In this document: piece after piece, positions 11,514-24,904 of the stretch | How positions within the stretch are numbered: position 1 is the first letter of the stretch | How the letters are laid out: each line of letters opens with the position of its first letter | Assembly: GCF_006345805.1 (NCBI RefSeq) | Contig: NW_021835290.1 | Span: 1-41,627, forward strand | Source: Octopus sinensis | Lineage: Eukaryota | Direction: 5' to 3' | DNA: 41,627 nucleotides | The notes under the pieces: generated by a model | The model's input: only the letters and a program-made list of their open reading frames with translations | Told to the model about the DNA's origin: nothing | The model's database searches: none | Translations under genes and position numbers: made by a program

Positions 11514-13257
11514 CTAAGGGGTTACACAAATAAAGATTATACAACTTTAAATAAAATGAACAAAATGAAACATTAAAACAAAATTAAAACAATATTTTAA
11601 TTAAGGCTTAATTCAATTGATCATGTTCAACTATAAACTTTAAACCTTTCCCTATCAAGAAATAGGTAGAATGTGTCTCTTACCATTTGTTTTAAAAATA
11701 AATTTGAAATCTGCTCTTTCTTTTTGAATAACCCTATATGTAGATTTATTCATGTACAGTAGAAAATTAAGTCTTATGGAAAAGGTTTAACTTTCTGCAG
11801 GTCTTGCAAATATATTTCCAATGAAATAAAAATAAAAAAATTAAAAAAATCTACAGAATTCAATTTCTATTTTTAACCTTATGAATCATAAATACAGAAG
11901 AGAATCAAACAGTTATAAAAGGAATTGTTAACGATTTTTTTAATGTAAATGATATTTGACAGTGTAAGTACAAATTTGAAAAATAGAAAAAAAAACTGAG
12001 CAACAGGCTCAATGACGGGATCTAAGCTTTTTATCCATCATCCGCCATGTGACTGGGCTATTAAATAGACAACAAGGTGTTGTAATTTGTCTTCTGCAGT
12101 TATTTCTTGTTACAAATATTAAACTGAGGTGAGACACTTTGTTAAACTGGACAATAATAAAACACCTAAATGAAAGAACAGATTCTAAGGAAACTAGGGA
12201 TGATGGTCTCTGTTGGCAGATACTATATACAAAATCAGACCTTTCTCATTAAACATTTAAACCTCAACATCTAACAGGAATTGTATTATTACACTAATTA
12301 GCTACAAAACAACTTATCTGTACCTATTTTAAACCCCATAACACATACCCTTCTGCACATATCAAAACAATGCACCATTTTCCTCCATTCATGATTAGGG
12401 TCTTGAATGGTCATAGTATTAAAATAGGGTAAAAAATGTAAATCTTTTGGTTTTGTTTTGTTTTTTTATTCATACCTTACTTCTAATTTTCATTGATGGG
12501 GCCTCTCTCATTCACTTAATTGTATTAGTTTTAATTAAGTAACGCCCTTCATCAGTGACCTATCATGCTAGCACCATGTTGATGAATCACCTAATTACAA
12601 TAAAACAATAGTTAAAATAAAATAAAAAGAAACGTTTATACTACCTCATTTAAAAAGAGGCAACAGTAGGTTCCCCACCATAGTGTATTCTGGCATATGA
12701 TTAAATAATGTGATAGATATACAATGCATCAAGTCCCGTCAATGGCTTGTTTCCCTTCAGTCTGAAATTAGTGTTTTTCTTGTAATGTCTAATATCAAAG
12801 CCAAAGACAATTTTTTTTACTGATTTTCACATTTGAATCTGTATTAATAATGTAAATAATATCTGGATTACCAAAGCAGTTGTAGTCCTATTTTTCTCTT
12901 CATTGTTCATAGGTTGGCTCTTAGTTTTCTTATAGTATTTTCTAATGCATCATGGGTCTGCCCCCCCAGCAACATTGTTGTTAAGCCTGTTGTACTCACA
13001 CTGTATGGTTCCAAAATCAGAGCTGGCTTAGAGATATTGTCAGGACATCTTGAAGTGTTTAGTGTGCTGGTCACTAATTCTTTTATATGGCAGGGTGGGC
13101 TTCACATACTGTGATGAAGGCACCGTGTTTTCCCTCTTTTGATTGCTTTTTTTTTCTTTTGTTTTTCTTCCGAAGTTCATAACTTTGTGGCTATGCCCCA
13201 GCAATGACTGGAATGAGTAAAAGACCAAGTTGCTGCAAAAACACCTGTGGAGTGCAT

Positions 13258-13296
<39 letters not shown>

Positions 13297-13308
13297 GACT
13301 ACTCTTTT

Positions 13309-13352
13309 CCATTACTTTGAATTTTCATGCCAAAGCAGCTTTCATCAGATGG
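13309..13352 (-). ncRNA. Degenerate hammerhead-like motif
   Basis: Minus strand reads ccat-CTGATGA-aagctgctttggcat-GAAA-attcaaag-TA-atgg. Stem I is 4 bp; stems II and III are weak. Confidence 0.45.
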
Positions 13353-13421
13353 CTTGGTAACAAATAACTTGAAATACAAACAGATTCTAGTGCTATGATA
13401 CTGCACTCGCACACGACATAT

Positions 13422-13582
13422 ATAAATAATCAAAATAAGCAACAAGAATATCCAGAGGTAATGCAGTATGATTGTTTCATGCGACTCCATTTAATTGAAC
13501 AATGCAAATATTACATCAATTTAAGATGTAGAGCAATCTACTGCATTACCTCTGGATATCCTTGTTGCTTATTTTGATTATA
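13422..13582. repeat. Inverted repeat with ~45-bp arms
   Basis: ataatcaaaataagcaacaagaatatccagaggtaatgcagta versus tactgcattacctctggatatccttgttgcttattttgattat. Confidence 0.9.
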
Positions 13583-13655
13583 ATCACCTTATTTTAAATT
13601 GTATGGATAATACCATACTAAATTCTGGTGCCTCAACTTAAGTACCATATTCATC

Positions 13656-13689
<34 letters not shown>

Positions 13690-15297
13690 TATATATATAT
13701 ATATATTGTGTGTGTGTGCAGACCAGTTATACTGTATAGTTTGAGAATATTGAGTGAGGTAGAGGAAATGCCCAAAATAATATGGAAATGGTGGGGCTAA
13801 AAGTTGGTGGCAGATGACAGTTTTGTTTCCTTCCTTCAATTACTTTCAGACATTCCACACTTCCAACTACACTGAGAATGACACCTACAGTGGGGACCGT
13901 TTCAATGTTTTCTGACAACCTTTTTGAATCATTGGTCACGTTTAGTCTCACACAAAACTGACTTCATGACAGTTACTGCTAGTGGTCTTCGCTGGTCAGA
14001 CAATCGACCCATTGAGTCATATGTTTGCCCCGTTGTTGAAACTAACTGGAGGACAACACCATCGTCTTCCTCTACTCTCATGTGCAAAGCAAAAGACTGA
14101 GAGTGTTAAGAGCTGTTATTCTTCATAGCAATTGGACTTTACCATATTCGACATTATCACCTTCAAGTTGTTTGTTCAGTATGATTTGGCAGCTACATTG
14201 ATCAGGTCATGTGACTACAGAGAGCAGAAGACATATTTTTCACTGGTTCAACTTGATGTGATGGTAGTGGTTGATAGCTAAAGTAGAGGTGTGTATGGAC
14301 GGTTGTGGATAGTTATAGTAGAGTTATGTAGTGATGGTAACAGTACGTCTCATGTGAAGAGGACAAAGGTATGTGATGGTGATGGTATGATGTTTATAGT
14401 TACAGTAGAGGTATGTGATGGTGGTATGAACTGTGAAGGTAATGGATGCCTAGAATAGCAGTATGGGATAATGATTTGGTACATGGGATGGTAGATGTTA
14501 ATTTAAATTTAAACCAGAAAATCTGTGTAAATCACATACATTTTACTTACTTTATCAAGATGTTACATTTTGTTTTTGTTTTTTTAAGGACAAAATGTAT
14601 TGATGAAATTGTTGACATATGTTAAACCAGAAATTTGATTGAACCAAATGTATTAAAGCTTATCCATGCTAAATGTGTTCTCCTCTTTTGAAATCCATAT
14701 GCATTGAGCCAAGATTAACCAGATGTCTGTGACTAGATATCTGTGACCAGATGTGTTGATCCAAATACAGGTAAAAAAATTTAAAAACATTTTGAAACCA
14801 GGTTTTTTTCGACTGGATATTTAATGTCTACTTCAACCAAATCATTTAAGTTTTGTCAAATATGTTACACAAAATGTGTTAAACCACATTTTAAAAAGCA
14901 GATGTATTTGAAATTAGATCTTTTTATGCATTTCAAACACATGTGTGGATGTGTTTAAAAAAAATTTCAAAAGCAAAAGAGAATAAAAAAATAGAAGAGA
15001 TTTGTCAATTCAAGGATTTTCCTTTGTATATTTTTACAACATATCCAAAATATGTTTTTGTTTCTAAATTCAAATTTGTTTAAATTGAATAAAAGTTGAA
15101 AAGTTTAAAACAATTGTGCACTTGTATCTTGTTATATATTAAGCTTGTTTGTGTGTGTATGTATGTATATATGTAAACATGTAAATAAATATATACTCTA
15201 CATGTAAATATATTCCCTGTGAGGAAAATGGTACTCCATTCCAGAGAGGACCTTTTGCCATTAATGAGCATGGGTGCATATGACAGTACAGAACTAG

Positions 15298-15879
15298 GAT
15301 CTTTACCTTTTGACTTACAGATTTAAAAAATAATTTTTTGTAACTAAACACTTTCAAACTTTGGGCACTGGTAGAATGTGTTATATAAAACATCATTTAC
15401 TCTTAGCATTTTTGAGAAAAACTTATATTTCATGTTAAAGTTCTCATATTTTGGTCATTTCAACCAATCAATGACATGTATTCAGCTGAATAAAATTATT
15501 GCTGTTGTTTGTCAACAACAACTATCGGCAGTGTATATTTCGTTTGTCACTGTTATTTATGACAACCCTAACCCTAAAACCTTAAAACCAGTATAAACGC
15601 ATGAATGATGTCATAAATAACAGTGACAAACGAAAAGTACACCACCGATAGTTGTTGACAAACAATGGCAGTAATTTTATTCAGCTGAATACACGTCATT
15701 GATTGCTTGAAATTACCGAAATAAGAGAACTTTAACGTGAAATAACTTTGTAAATATAAGTTTTTCTCAAAACCACTAAGAGTAAAAGATGTTTTATATG
15801 ACACATTCTACCAGTGTCCAAAGTTTGAAAGTGTTTAGTTACAAAAAATTATTTTTTAAATCTGTCGGTCAAAGATCTC
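15298..15879. mobile_element. Foldback/MITE element with ~265-bp arms and a spacer containing CCCTAA-like repeats
   Basis: 15298-15564 is the reverse complement of ~15609-15879, reflected in the mirror-image ORFs 15378+ and 15804-. The spacer begins accctaaccctaaaaccttaaaacc. Confidence 0.9.
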
Positions 15880-16311
15880 AGAACTATGTGATTCTTAAGC
15901 AGAAAAATTAGCCATATTGTCCTGCAGCACACAAACTGTTACATACAAAGCTGAAGTCACATCTACTGAACCTAACTATAATACCAAAATAAGCAATTTA
16001 GGTAGAAAGGCATTGCAAAAGACAGATTCAAGAAGCAATATAACAATCCCATTATTATGTTCCAGTAAACTGTAAAGAAGAATGACACAAAACAATCAAG
16101 TTACATTTGGAAATTAAAGAACAGTAGCACATACTTTAACATAAGATGAATAATAAAAGAAAGCTCTAGATCAATGATGCCCAAAATTTTTGGGGTTGCT
16201 GCCCCCTTGATACCCAGGCCACATTCCTAGCACCCCACCCCAACTAACCATCACAAACATAGACCCCTTTCTGAAGCAACTGTATTTTACAAATAAAACT
16301 TAACTTAATTA

Positions 16312-16720
16312 TAGGCATAGGAGTGACTGTGTGGTAAGTACCTTACTTACCAACCACATAGTTCAGGGTTCAGCCCAATGCGTGGCACCTTGGGCAAGTG
16401 TCTTCTACTATAGCCTCAGGCTGACCAAAGCCTTCTGAGTGGATTTGGTAGACGGAAACTGAAAGAAGCTTGCCGTATGAATGTATATATATATATGTAT
16501 GTGTGTGTGTATATGTTTGTATGTCTGTGTTTGTCACTCCAACATCACTTGACAACCAATGCTGGTGTATTGACATGCCTGTAACTTAGCGGTTTGGCAA
16601 AGAGACCGATAGAATAAGTACTAGGTTTACAAAGAATAAGTCCTGGGGTCGATTTGCTCGACTAAAGGTGGTGCTCCAGCATGGCCACAGTCAAATGACT
16701 GAAACAAGTAAAAGAGTAAC
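16312..16720 (+). mobile_element. Full-length tRNA-derived SINE (family B) with an internal (TA/TG)n tract and a LINE-like tail
   Basis: Head gtgactgtgtggtaag...gggttcagccc, body ggcaccttgggcaagtgtcttctactatagcc, tail ggtgctccagcatggccacagtcaaatgactgaaacaagtaaaagag. It appears to lie inside an older hAT-like element (~16173-16861). Confidence 0.9.
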
Positions 16721-16903
16721 GAACCTGTTATTTTGTTGTTTTTGCATGAATCGCCACCCCATTATCACCCCCACTTTTACATGAATCGCTACCCCATTAT
16801 CACCCCACTTTTCTTTCCACTGCCCCCAGGGGAGCAATACCATCCACGTTAGAAACCACTGTTGTAAACTATACAAAAATAGTACTAAACAATAAGGTAT
16901 CTG

Positions 16904-17085
16904 CAGTGCCAGATTTAGGACAAATGAGACGCTATGCTAATTAAATTATGAGGCCCCTTACTTGGACAGGGCCCTGTTATGAGACCCCTTATGTGGACAG
17001 GACCCCATTGACTATGGGTCCCTTACCGAGCCCCTAGTCAACAAGGTCCTGTGCACACCTAAGCACAATGGTAAATCCAGCACTG
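16904..17085. mobile_element. hAT-type MITE
   Basis: TIRs cagtgccagattta / taaatccagcactg. The 8-bp TSD ggtatctg / ggaatctg matches at 7 of 8 positions. Confidence 0.85.
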
Positions 17086-17199
17086 GGAATCTGCATAGAT
17101 GAGAAGTGCCTCATTCTTTGTGTTGAATGAACGAAGACAACTGAATAACAAAAACTCTTTAGGTCTTGCAAGAGACAAGACTACCTCACTGGTGATGGT

Positions 17200-17697
17200 G
17201 CTATAAAATGCAAAGTACACTGAATAAAATGGATGATTAACAAACAGAGAACAAAAGGGTGAAAGGCGGTTTTAGATTCGTGCCAGTGACATATAATAGG
17301 CACCTGTGCCAGTGACACGCGAAAGGTACCTGTGCCAGTGCATGTAAAAAGCACCTGTGCCGCTGACATGTCAAAGGCAGCTGTTCCAGTGACATGTAAA
17401 AGGCACCTGTACCAGTGACACATAAAAAGCACCTGTGCCGCTGACATGTCAAAGGCAGCCGTGCCAGTGACATGTAAAAGGCACCCATAATGCTGACACG
17501 TAAAATACACCTGTGCTGGTGACACGTATGCCAACCACTCTGCAGAGCGGTTGGCATTAGGAAGGGCATCCAGCTGTAGAAACCATGCTAAAACATACTG
17601 GAACCTGGTGCAGCTCTTCTGCTTACCAGCTTCAGTGAAACCGTCTAACTCATGACAGCATGAAAAATGAACGTTAAATGATGATGATGATAATGAT
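17200..17697 (+). mobile_element. Family E SINE-like repeat with an internal ~25-bp minisatellite (17280-17527)
   Basis: Repeated gcacctgtgccagtgacatgtaaaa units, then ggttggcattaggaagggcatccagc and a gatgatgat tail. Confidence 0.85.
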
Positions 17698-17935
17698 GGC
17701 CTATGTTCACACATACACATGCATATATATCAGTCATTCTTCTAAGTTTTCATGGGTCATGTGAAGTTTAAATGAGGCAGATTTTCTACGGCTGCAATCC
17801 CCTTCCTGTCTTGACACTCATTTGTATCCAAGCAAGGTAACATTTCCTCATAACTAGACACGTTTTCATAGAATACTGAAAATTAATGACACTTCTTAAA
17901 TGACATTGACATTTATTCATAATAATCATAGATAT

Positions 17936-18154
17936 TGTTACGCCGCCACTCAGGCCCAAGGCCTTCCGATTCCACCACGGGCCCTAAGTCGCGACGATGA
18001 CACTCAGTAAACAGGAAATCTACCACTGGAAGGCAGCGAACACAGCCAGGAACCACAGTGTTAGTGTGAGCAAAGCCTGGTACAAAACAGATCTGTTTCT
18101 ATTACCTTTAAATAAATGATTTAAATCAATGTCACAGAAGTCGGCTTCGCAACA
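17936..18154. mobile_element. Possible LTR-like fragment
   Basis: tgttacg...cgcaaca termini, locally CpG-rich, with AATAAA near the 3' end. No TSD found. Confidence 0.3.
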
Positions 18155-21100
18155 GAGGCCAAGTAACTATATAGAGAGGCAGTATCTAAATCACAAAACG
18201 ATTGCAACCCCAAAACCTGCATGACCTCTATAGGTCACCAATGGAGGTGACATCCACACACACACACATCAGTTGTGGTGTAATCAACTGACAGAGAAAC
18301 TCAAGTCTATTTTCGGCAGAATCTCTTCGTAACAACAGAAGCATCATGTGGATAATATGATAGCCTTTGTTGTTGTTATTATTGTTCGTGAAAGTGAATG
18401 GCGGGAAGAGGTGGGGTGAGGATAATATCGGCAACAATAGCGTTGTTGGTGGTGATTGTAGATTTGGTGTTGGTAGTAAAAGTTAGAGTGCTGGTATCCT
18501 TTCTAATGATGTTGGTAGAGATGGTAGTGTAGTTCATAGTGGTGGTATTGCTGCTGGCCTTGGTGGTGAATTTCGTGTTGATTCTATGGCTGTCTTTTTT
18601 TTCTTTTTTTGTTATTTTTCTTGTTCTTACTACCGAGGTTACTGCTACAGTTGTGTTTGTGTGCTCACTTGTAACTCTACATATATGTGTGTGTGTGTGT
18701 GTTTTGCTGTCTTTCTGTATGTATATATATATATATATATACGCTGGTGTTTATATACGTATACACGTTTATATGGCTCTCTACGTGCCAGTACGAAAGT
18801 GTGTGATTGTATATATTTGTATACATATGTGTAAATAATTGTGCCTTTGTGTAATTATCTTGCCATGTGTTTATGTCTATGAATTGAGATATTATTAATA
18901 CAAGTGTTTTCCCCGTTTTTTTCTCTTGTTTTTTGTTGGTTTTTTTAAAGGGGAGTTACTGTGGGTACACATGCAACGATGCCTAAATATAAGTGTGTGT
19001 ATAACTACAATTTGTTATATTAAATGTTCTGCTAAATTTACTATAGTTGATGTTTTGCATATGTGTGTGTGTGTGTGAATGTTGCATTCAATGTGTGTGA
19101 GCTCACATAAATCATTTCTATCCATGCTCTCTCCTATGTATATGTGTGTGAGTGTGTCTGTGAGAACGTGTTTGTATATATACATATATATATACTCATA
19201 CATTTATACACTTTATATATATATATACATACACACGCACTGTCTCTGTATATGTATACAGTGTGTGTGTTTATGTCTATCTATATGCATAAATATACAT
19301 ACATGCAAGCATATACATATACTTGCATGTGAAGGAAGGCGGGGTAAGTAACTAAATGGGAGGAGTTACAATTACAGCAGCACCTCCCACTATTCACAAT
19401 TTGTACCTATCAAACCAAGGGTTACCGCACTTTTAAACACTGGTCAAACCCTCTGTCCTTCCTTCCCTTGTACTTATCTGTGTTTCTATTGTTATGACAC
19501 TGTAAGGAGAAGACGTGAGTGGGGGTGGCCATTTGCGGGATGTCCAAGACAGGTGGAGAAGAAAGGAGGAAGTTACTCTCAGACAGAAGTGTGTGGACTC
19601 TGTAAATAGTATAGCTAATATGGTGGTGGTAAACCATGCAAAAATTTAATACTAATACTATCACTTGCCTCACCACCTCTATAAACGTTGACTTGTATAG
19701 AAGTGGGGGATGTTGGTGATGGTGGACAGTATGGTCATGTGACAGAACTGGTAGGGAAACAGCTTAGATTCTTTGGCACCAATTCACTGTATCCCAAGTT
19801 CAAGTCACACCAAAGTTCAATCTTATTGTCATCATTTCAAAAATGATAAAATACAAGACAGGTTTCATCATCATAATCACATAATCATCATCCAACTTTA
19901 ACGTCTGTTTTCCATTCCATGCTTGCATGGGTTGGACAGTTTGTCCAGAGCTGGTAAGCAGGAGAGCTGCACCAGGTTGCAGCCTGATTTGGCCTGGTTT
20001 CTATGACTGGATGCCCTTCCTAACACCAACCACTTTACAGAGTGTGCTGGGTTCTCTTTCAGTGACACCGACATGAGTGATTCTATGTAGTGCCAGCACA
20101 GGCACTGGCAAGGGTACTATTTACATGCCACTGGCACAAGGCCCATGCAGGGCCAAGTGTAGTGTCTGATACAGACTTGGGTTGACCAATAACATCAGTG
20201 AAATCTGTTGGATGGAAACTATGAAGAAGCCTGTCATACACATGCAAACACATGTATGCAAGCATGACTGTGTGATCAAGAGAGAGATTTACTTCCCAAC
20301 CACATGATCTCAGGTTCAGTCCCACTGTGTGGCATCTTGGATGAGTGTCTTCTATTATAACACTGGGCCAACCAGGAACTTGTGAGTGAATTTGGCAGAA
20401 GGAAACTAAGAGATGCCCATTTTCTATGTGTGCACATGTATTACTGTCTCCATGCTTTGACATCATCTGATAGTTGCAAGCAGCACTTTTTACTTCCAAT
20501 CTGTGTAAACATAGCTGACCATGTAAAAATATTATCTTACTTGGAAACAGGTGAGAGTTGGTGACAGGAAGGGCATCCAGCCATAGAAGATCTGCTTTAA
20601 CAAATTCTGTCTGGCCCATGCAAGCATGTCAAGTGAAACTTAAATGGTGATACAACTAGAGTATTGACTGTGAGTTTATACTGGTCTCAAATTTGGGCAC
20701 AAGGCCTGCAATTTCAGGGAGAGGGGGGGAAGTTGATTAGATCAACCCCAGTGTTCAACTGGTACTCATTCTATCAACCTGAAATGATGAAAGGCAAAGT
20801 TGACTTTGGTGGAATTTGAACTCAGAACATAAAAAGACAAAATGCTGCTTAGCATTTTGCCTTGTGTGTTGACAATTCTGTCAGCTCACTACCTTGTGTG
20901 TGTGTGTGTATACACACACATTGAGAGGGATACATAGTACAGAGGAAAACAATAAGCCACCCAAATGAAAAAGTCGTGGTATTTGTTCTGCTCCAATTGC
21001 ACAGATGCTCCCTTGTTATTCTAACCAATGGATATGCCATGAACCAGTCACTTGTAGCTACAATTTCTAAAAGCCAGAGAATCCACATAGAGACAACTAT

Positions 21101-21989
21101 CAAAGTTGTTTCATGTGTCCTTCCTTTTTCCTAAGTCAGTATGGTAATTTAGCTGTTAATTTTAACACACTGCACAACCTTACATTATTACAACCATTAT
21201 TGTCTTATGCATTCATCTTTTATATCAGCGTAATGGTGTTGTTGCTTAGCCATGGCCAGGTGGCTGAGTGGATAGTATACTAGACAATCAACAGTTTACT
21301 AGTCATGCACACAATATTATCTTACTTGTGAAGTGACTGATGGTCTAGTACACCTGACTATGACAAGCAAAGGCAAAGTTGTGTAGTGATGAAGTCACTT
21401 TGCAACTACATGATTCTGGGTTCAATACCACAGCACAGCACCTTGGACAAGTGTTTTCATACCAAAGCCTCAGGTAGTCCTTAGCTTAGAGACTGACATT
21501 TCATGCAGAAACTCACTGGGTTGACAACCATTCCTTTGGATGCCTTTAGCAGAAACTCCTCTGTTACAAGCATTCAAACCATATTGTCTGACTGAAGATA
21601 ACACGGTCCCTTTCTTGCACCACCCTTGGATGACTTGAAAAGTATCAAGGGTGCTGCCATTCTATCTCTAGGTCATTAAACAAACATACCACAGCATAGA
21701 AACAAATATTCCACTTTAATCAGCAGCAATAGTATGTTCCATTCCTGCTCCAGGTACATATAGCTTACAGTGTAAAACCAGGGTTTCAATCCAAGTTTGA
21801 CACTCTCCTAATTTACTCACCAAATAATCAAAGTATAGATTATTGAGCCAAGGTATGTGATGTCTACAGGCTTTTGGAAGGAAGCAAGCAAGCAAGTAAA
21901 AACACCCTGGACATGTGCTCTTGGAGTCTATTGTTGATGTTACAGTCAAAGACTAACAAAGATGAAGAATATAATCTTTACAATTATCC

Positions 21990-22862
21990 TTACTCTTTTA
22001 CTTGTTTGTCTGCGGTCATGCTGGAGCACCACCTTTAGTTGAATAAAATCGACCCCAGGACTTATTCTTTGTAAGCTTAGTACTTATTCTATCGGTCTCT
22101 TTTTGCCGAACCACTAAGTGACGGGGACGTAGACACACCAGCATCGGTTGTCAAGCAATGATGAAGGAACAAACACAGACATACATATATATACATATAG
22201 ATATATATATGACAGGCTTCTTTCAGTTTCCGTCTACTAAATCCACTCACAAGGCTTTGGTCGGCCTGGGGCTATAGCAGAAGACACTTGCCCAAGGTGC
22301 CACGCAGTAGGACTGAACCCAGAACTATGCGGTTGGGAAGTAAGCTTCTTACCTCACAGAAATTCATAAAGTAACAAAATCATGGCTGGGAAGCACCCAA
22401 CCACAACAATACATGCTAAAGATAGAAACCAAATCATATTATTTAAAAAGAAAAAGAGTGCGTAAGATAAAGTAGTCCCAAACACCCCAGCTTTTGTCCA
22501 AAATATAAATGATGGTAGAAAACACAAGACTAAATAAGATTATGGTCACAAGTTAATCACCCTAGGGAAAGTTTTGTACACAAATTTTATATTTTACTTG
22601 TTTCAATCATTAGTGGCCATGCTGGGGTAACACATCGAAGTTTTAGTCAAATGAATTGACTCACGTACCTATTTTTTTTTAAGCCTGACACTTATCTTTT
22701 TGATATCACTTTGCTGAACAGGGATGTAAACACACCAACACTGGTTGGCATGTGGTGGTGGGGGACAAACAGACACAAAAATGCATACACACACACACAT
22801 CACATATATATGTATGTATATATGTGTGTGTGTGTGTGTGTGTATGTGTGCATATATATATA

Positions 22863-22911
<49 letters not shown>

Positions 22912-24180
22912 GATGAGCTTCTTTCAGTTTCTGTCTACCAAATCCACTCACAAGGCTTTGGTCAGCCTAAGGCTATAGTAGAAGACACTTGCCCAAGGTG
23001 CCACACATTGGAACTGAACCTGGAACCATGTTTCTTACCACACACGCTTGCATCTAATTGTAGGGATAATCTCAGGCAAATGTTTTTAACTCATTGTAAC
23101 AATATATTTGGCTGTCATATTACTTCAATATTTATATAATTATTTTATTTCACCACTGAAGATCAAAAACTAAATGAGAAAATCCGTGTAGCTACAAACA
23201 ACAGCTAAACAGCCTTCAAATTACATCCTCTTAAAATAAAATAACAACACCTCAGTTAATGCTGTCACAGACATACAAGAAGACAATTTCTTTTGAAGAA
23301 TTTTCCAGAACCAATGATGTGAGGTGTAAATTGAGAAATGTTTAGTGTTCAAGCATAAGAATCCTTCTGGCAGGTGATAAATCTACAATTAAAACCATGA
23401 GGTCTTGAATTATTAGTGAAAACATTCACGTTACAGTTACAGACTATTGGAATTTACTCTCCAAATAAAGTATAAATCATTGGTTTTAAGGCTAGCAATT
23501 TTGGGGGAGGGGTAGGATGAATACATCAACCCAAGTATTCAACTGGCATTTATTTTATTGACCCCCAAAGAATGAAAGGCAAAGTCAACCTCAGCAGCAT
23601 TTGAATACAAAATGTAAAGACAGACAGAATGCTGCTAAACATTTTGCCTGGGGCAGTAACAATTCTGCTGCCTCATCACCTTAAATAAAGTTAAGTTATT
23701 GAGGCAGGAGATGTGATATCCACTGGCTTAGGAACAAAATTTGCTTAACGGGTGCAAAACCAGGCCCCAAAATATTTACAAATAAGGTCATGAATTTTGT
23801 TTTTTTATCTACTCTTTTACTTGTTTCAGTCATTTGACTGTGGCCATGCTGGAGCACCACCTTTAGTCGAGCAAATCGACCCCAGGACTTATTCTTTGTA
23901 TGCCTAGTACTTATTCTATCGGTCTCTTTTGCTGAACCACTAAGTTACGGGGACATAAACACACCAGCTTCGGTTGTCAAGCAATGTTGGAGAGGGGGAC
24001 AAACACAGACACACAAACATATACTCACACACACACACACATTATATATATATACATATATACGACAAGCTTCTTTCAGTTTCCGTCTACCAAATCCACT
24101 CACAAGGCTTTGGTCGGCCCGAGGCTATAGTAGAAGACACTTGCCCAAGGTGCCATGCAGTGGGACTGAACCCGGAACCT
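21990..24180 (-). mobile_element. Cluster of three family B SINE copies (~21990-22358, 22593-23045, 23811-24180)
   Basis: Each is the reverse complement of the 16312-16720 unit. Confidence 0.88.
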
Positions 24181-24904
24181 TGAGAAGAAATCTAACTTTG
24201 AGTTACGTTTTACAGATCACTTTTTATTCAGTTTTCTAAACCTGAGTAAAGTTAGTAGGGGTACAAATTTTGATTTTGCTCCCCACGGAAATTTTAGTGG
24301 GTGTGCCTGCACCCCCTGCACCCAGGTCCATGGTGACATCTACAAGCTTTTGGAAAGAACAAAAAGTGAGAATATGAAGGTGTTTATTGTGGAGGTTTCA
24401 GTCAAGAATTAATAAAGTTGAAGAATAAAATCTTTACAACTTATCCATCTTGAAATTCATAAAGCAACAAACTTTTTTCAGTGCCATGTGAAAAGCACCC
24501 ATAACAGAGTCACATAAAGAATTCCCTTGTAAGAAAACACCTGTGCAGTACTCTCAGTAATGTATGGTGTTAGGAAGGGCATCCAGCAATAGAAATGATG
24601 GCCAAAATAGACAACTGGGGCCTGGTGCAGCCCTCCAGTTTGCCTGCACATGTCAAGCCATCCATGCCAGAATGGAAAACAAACATCAAATGATGATGAT
24701 TTGCATTGACATAATTCCCATCATATTAAACTTTACCAGTTTTATATCATCTCCCACACAAGACTATAAATACAAGCATTTTGCTTGGAAGGTGTTGCAA
24801 CAAACTGTTATGATAGACAGGAGGTGGTCAACAAGAGAGTTATTTGGTCCTATTATATAGGGTGGGGGCAAAATGAGCTGACACATTTGTAGGTTTAATA
24901 AAAG

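Noticed and set aside
12475-12560. Further hammerhead-like strings, also near 28510, 28990 and 29910 on the minus strand
   Set aside because: Each lacks stem I, a correctly placed GAAA, or several core bases.
12860-13140. Possible piggyBac-like KP..YN..GG.D motif on the minus strand
   Set aside because: Needs frameshifts and the spacing is wrong; cannot be supported by eye.
13840-14200. Higher-complexity stretch after an acceptor-like ttactttcag
   Set aside because: No sustained ORF or recognisable motif on either strand.
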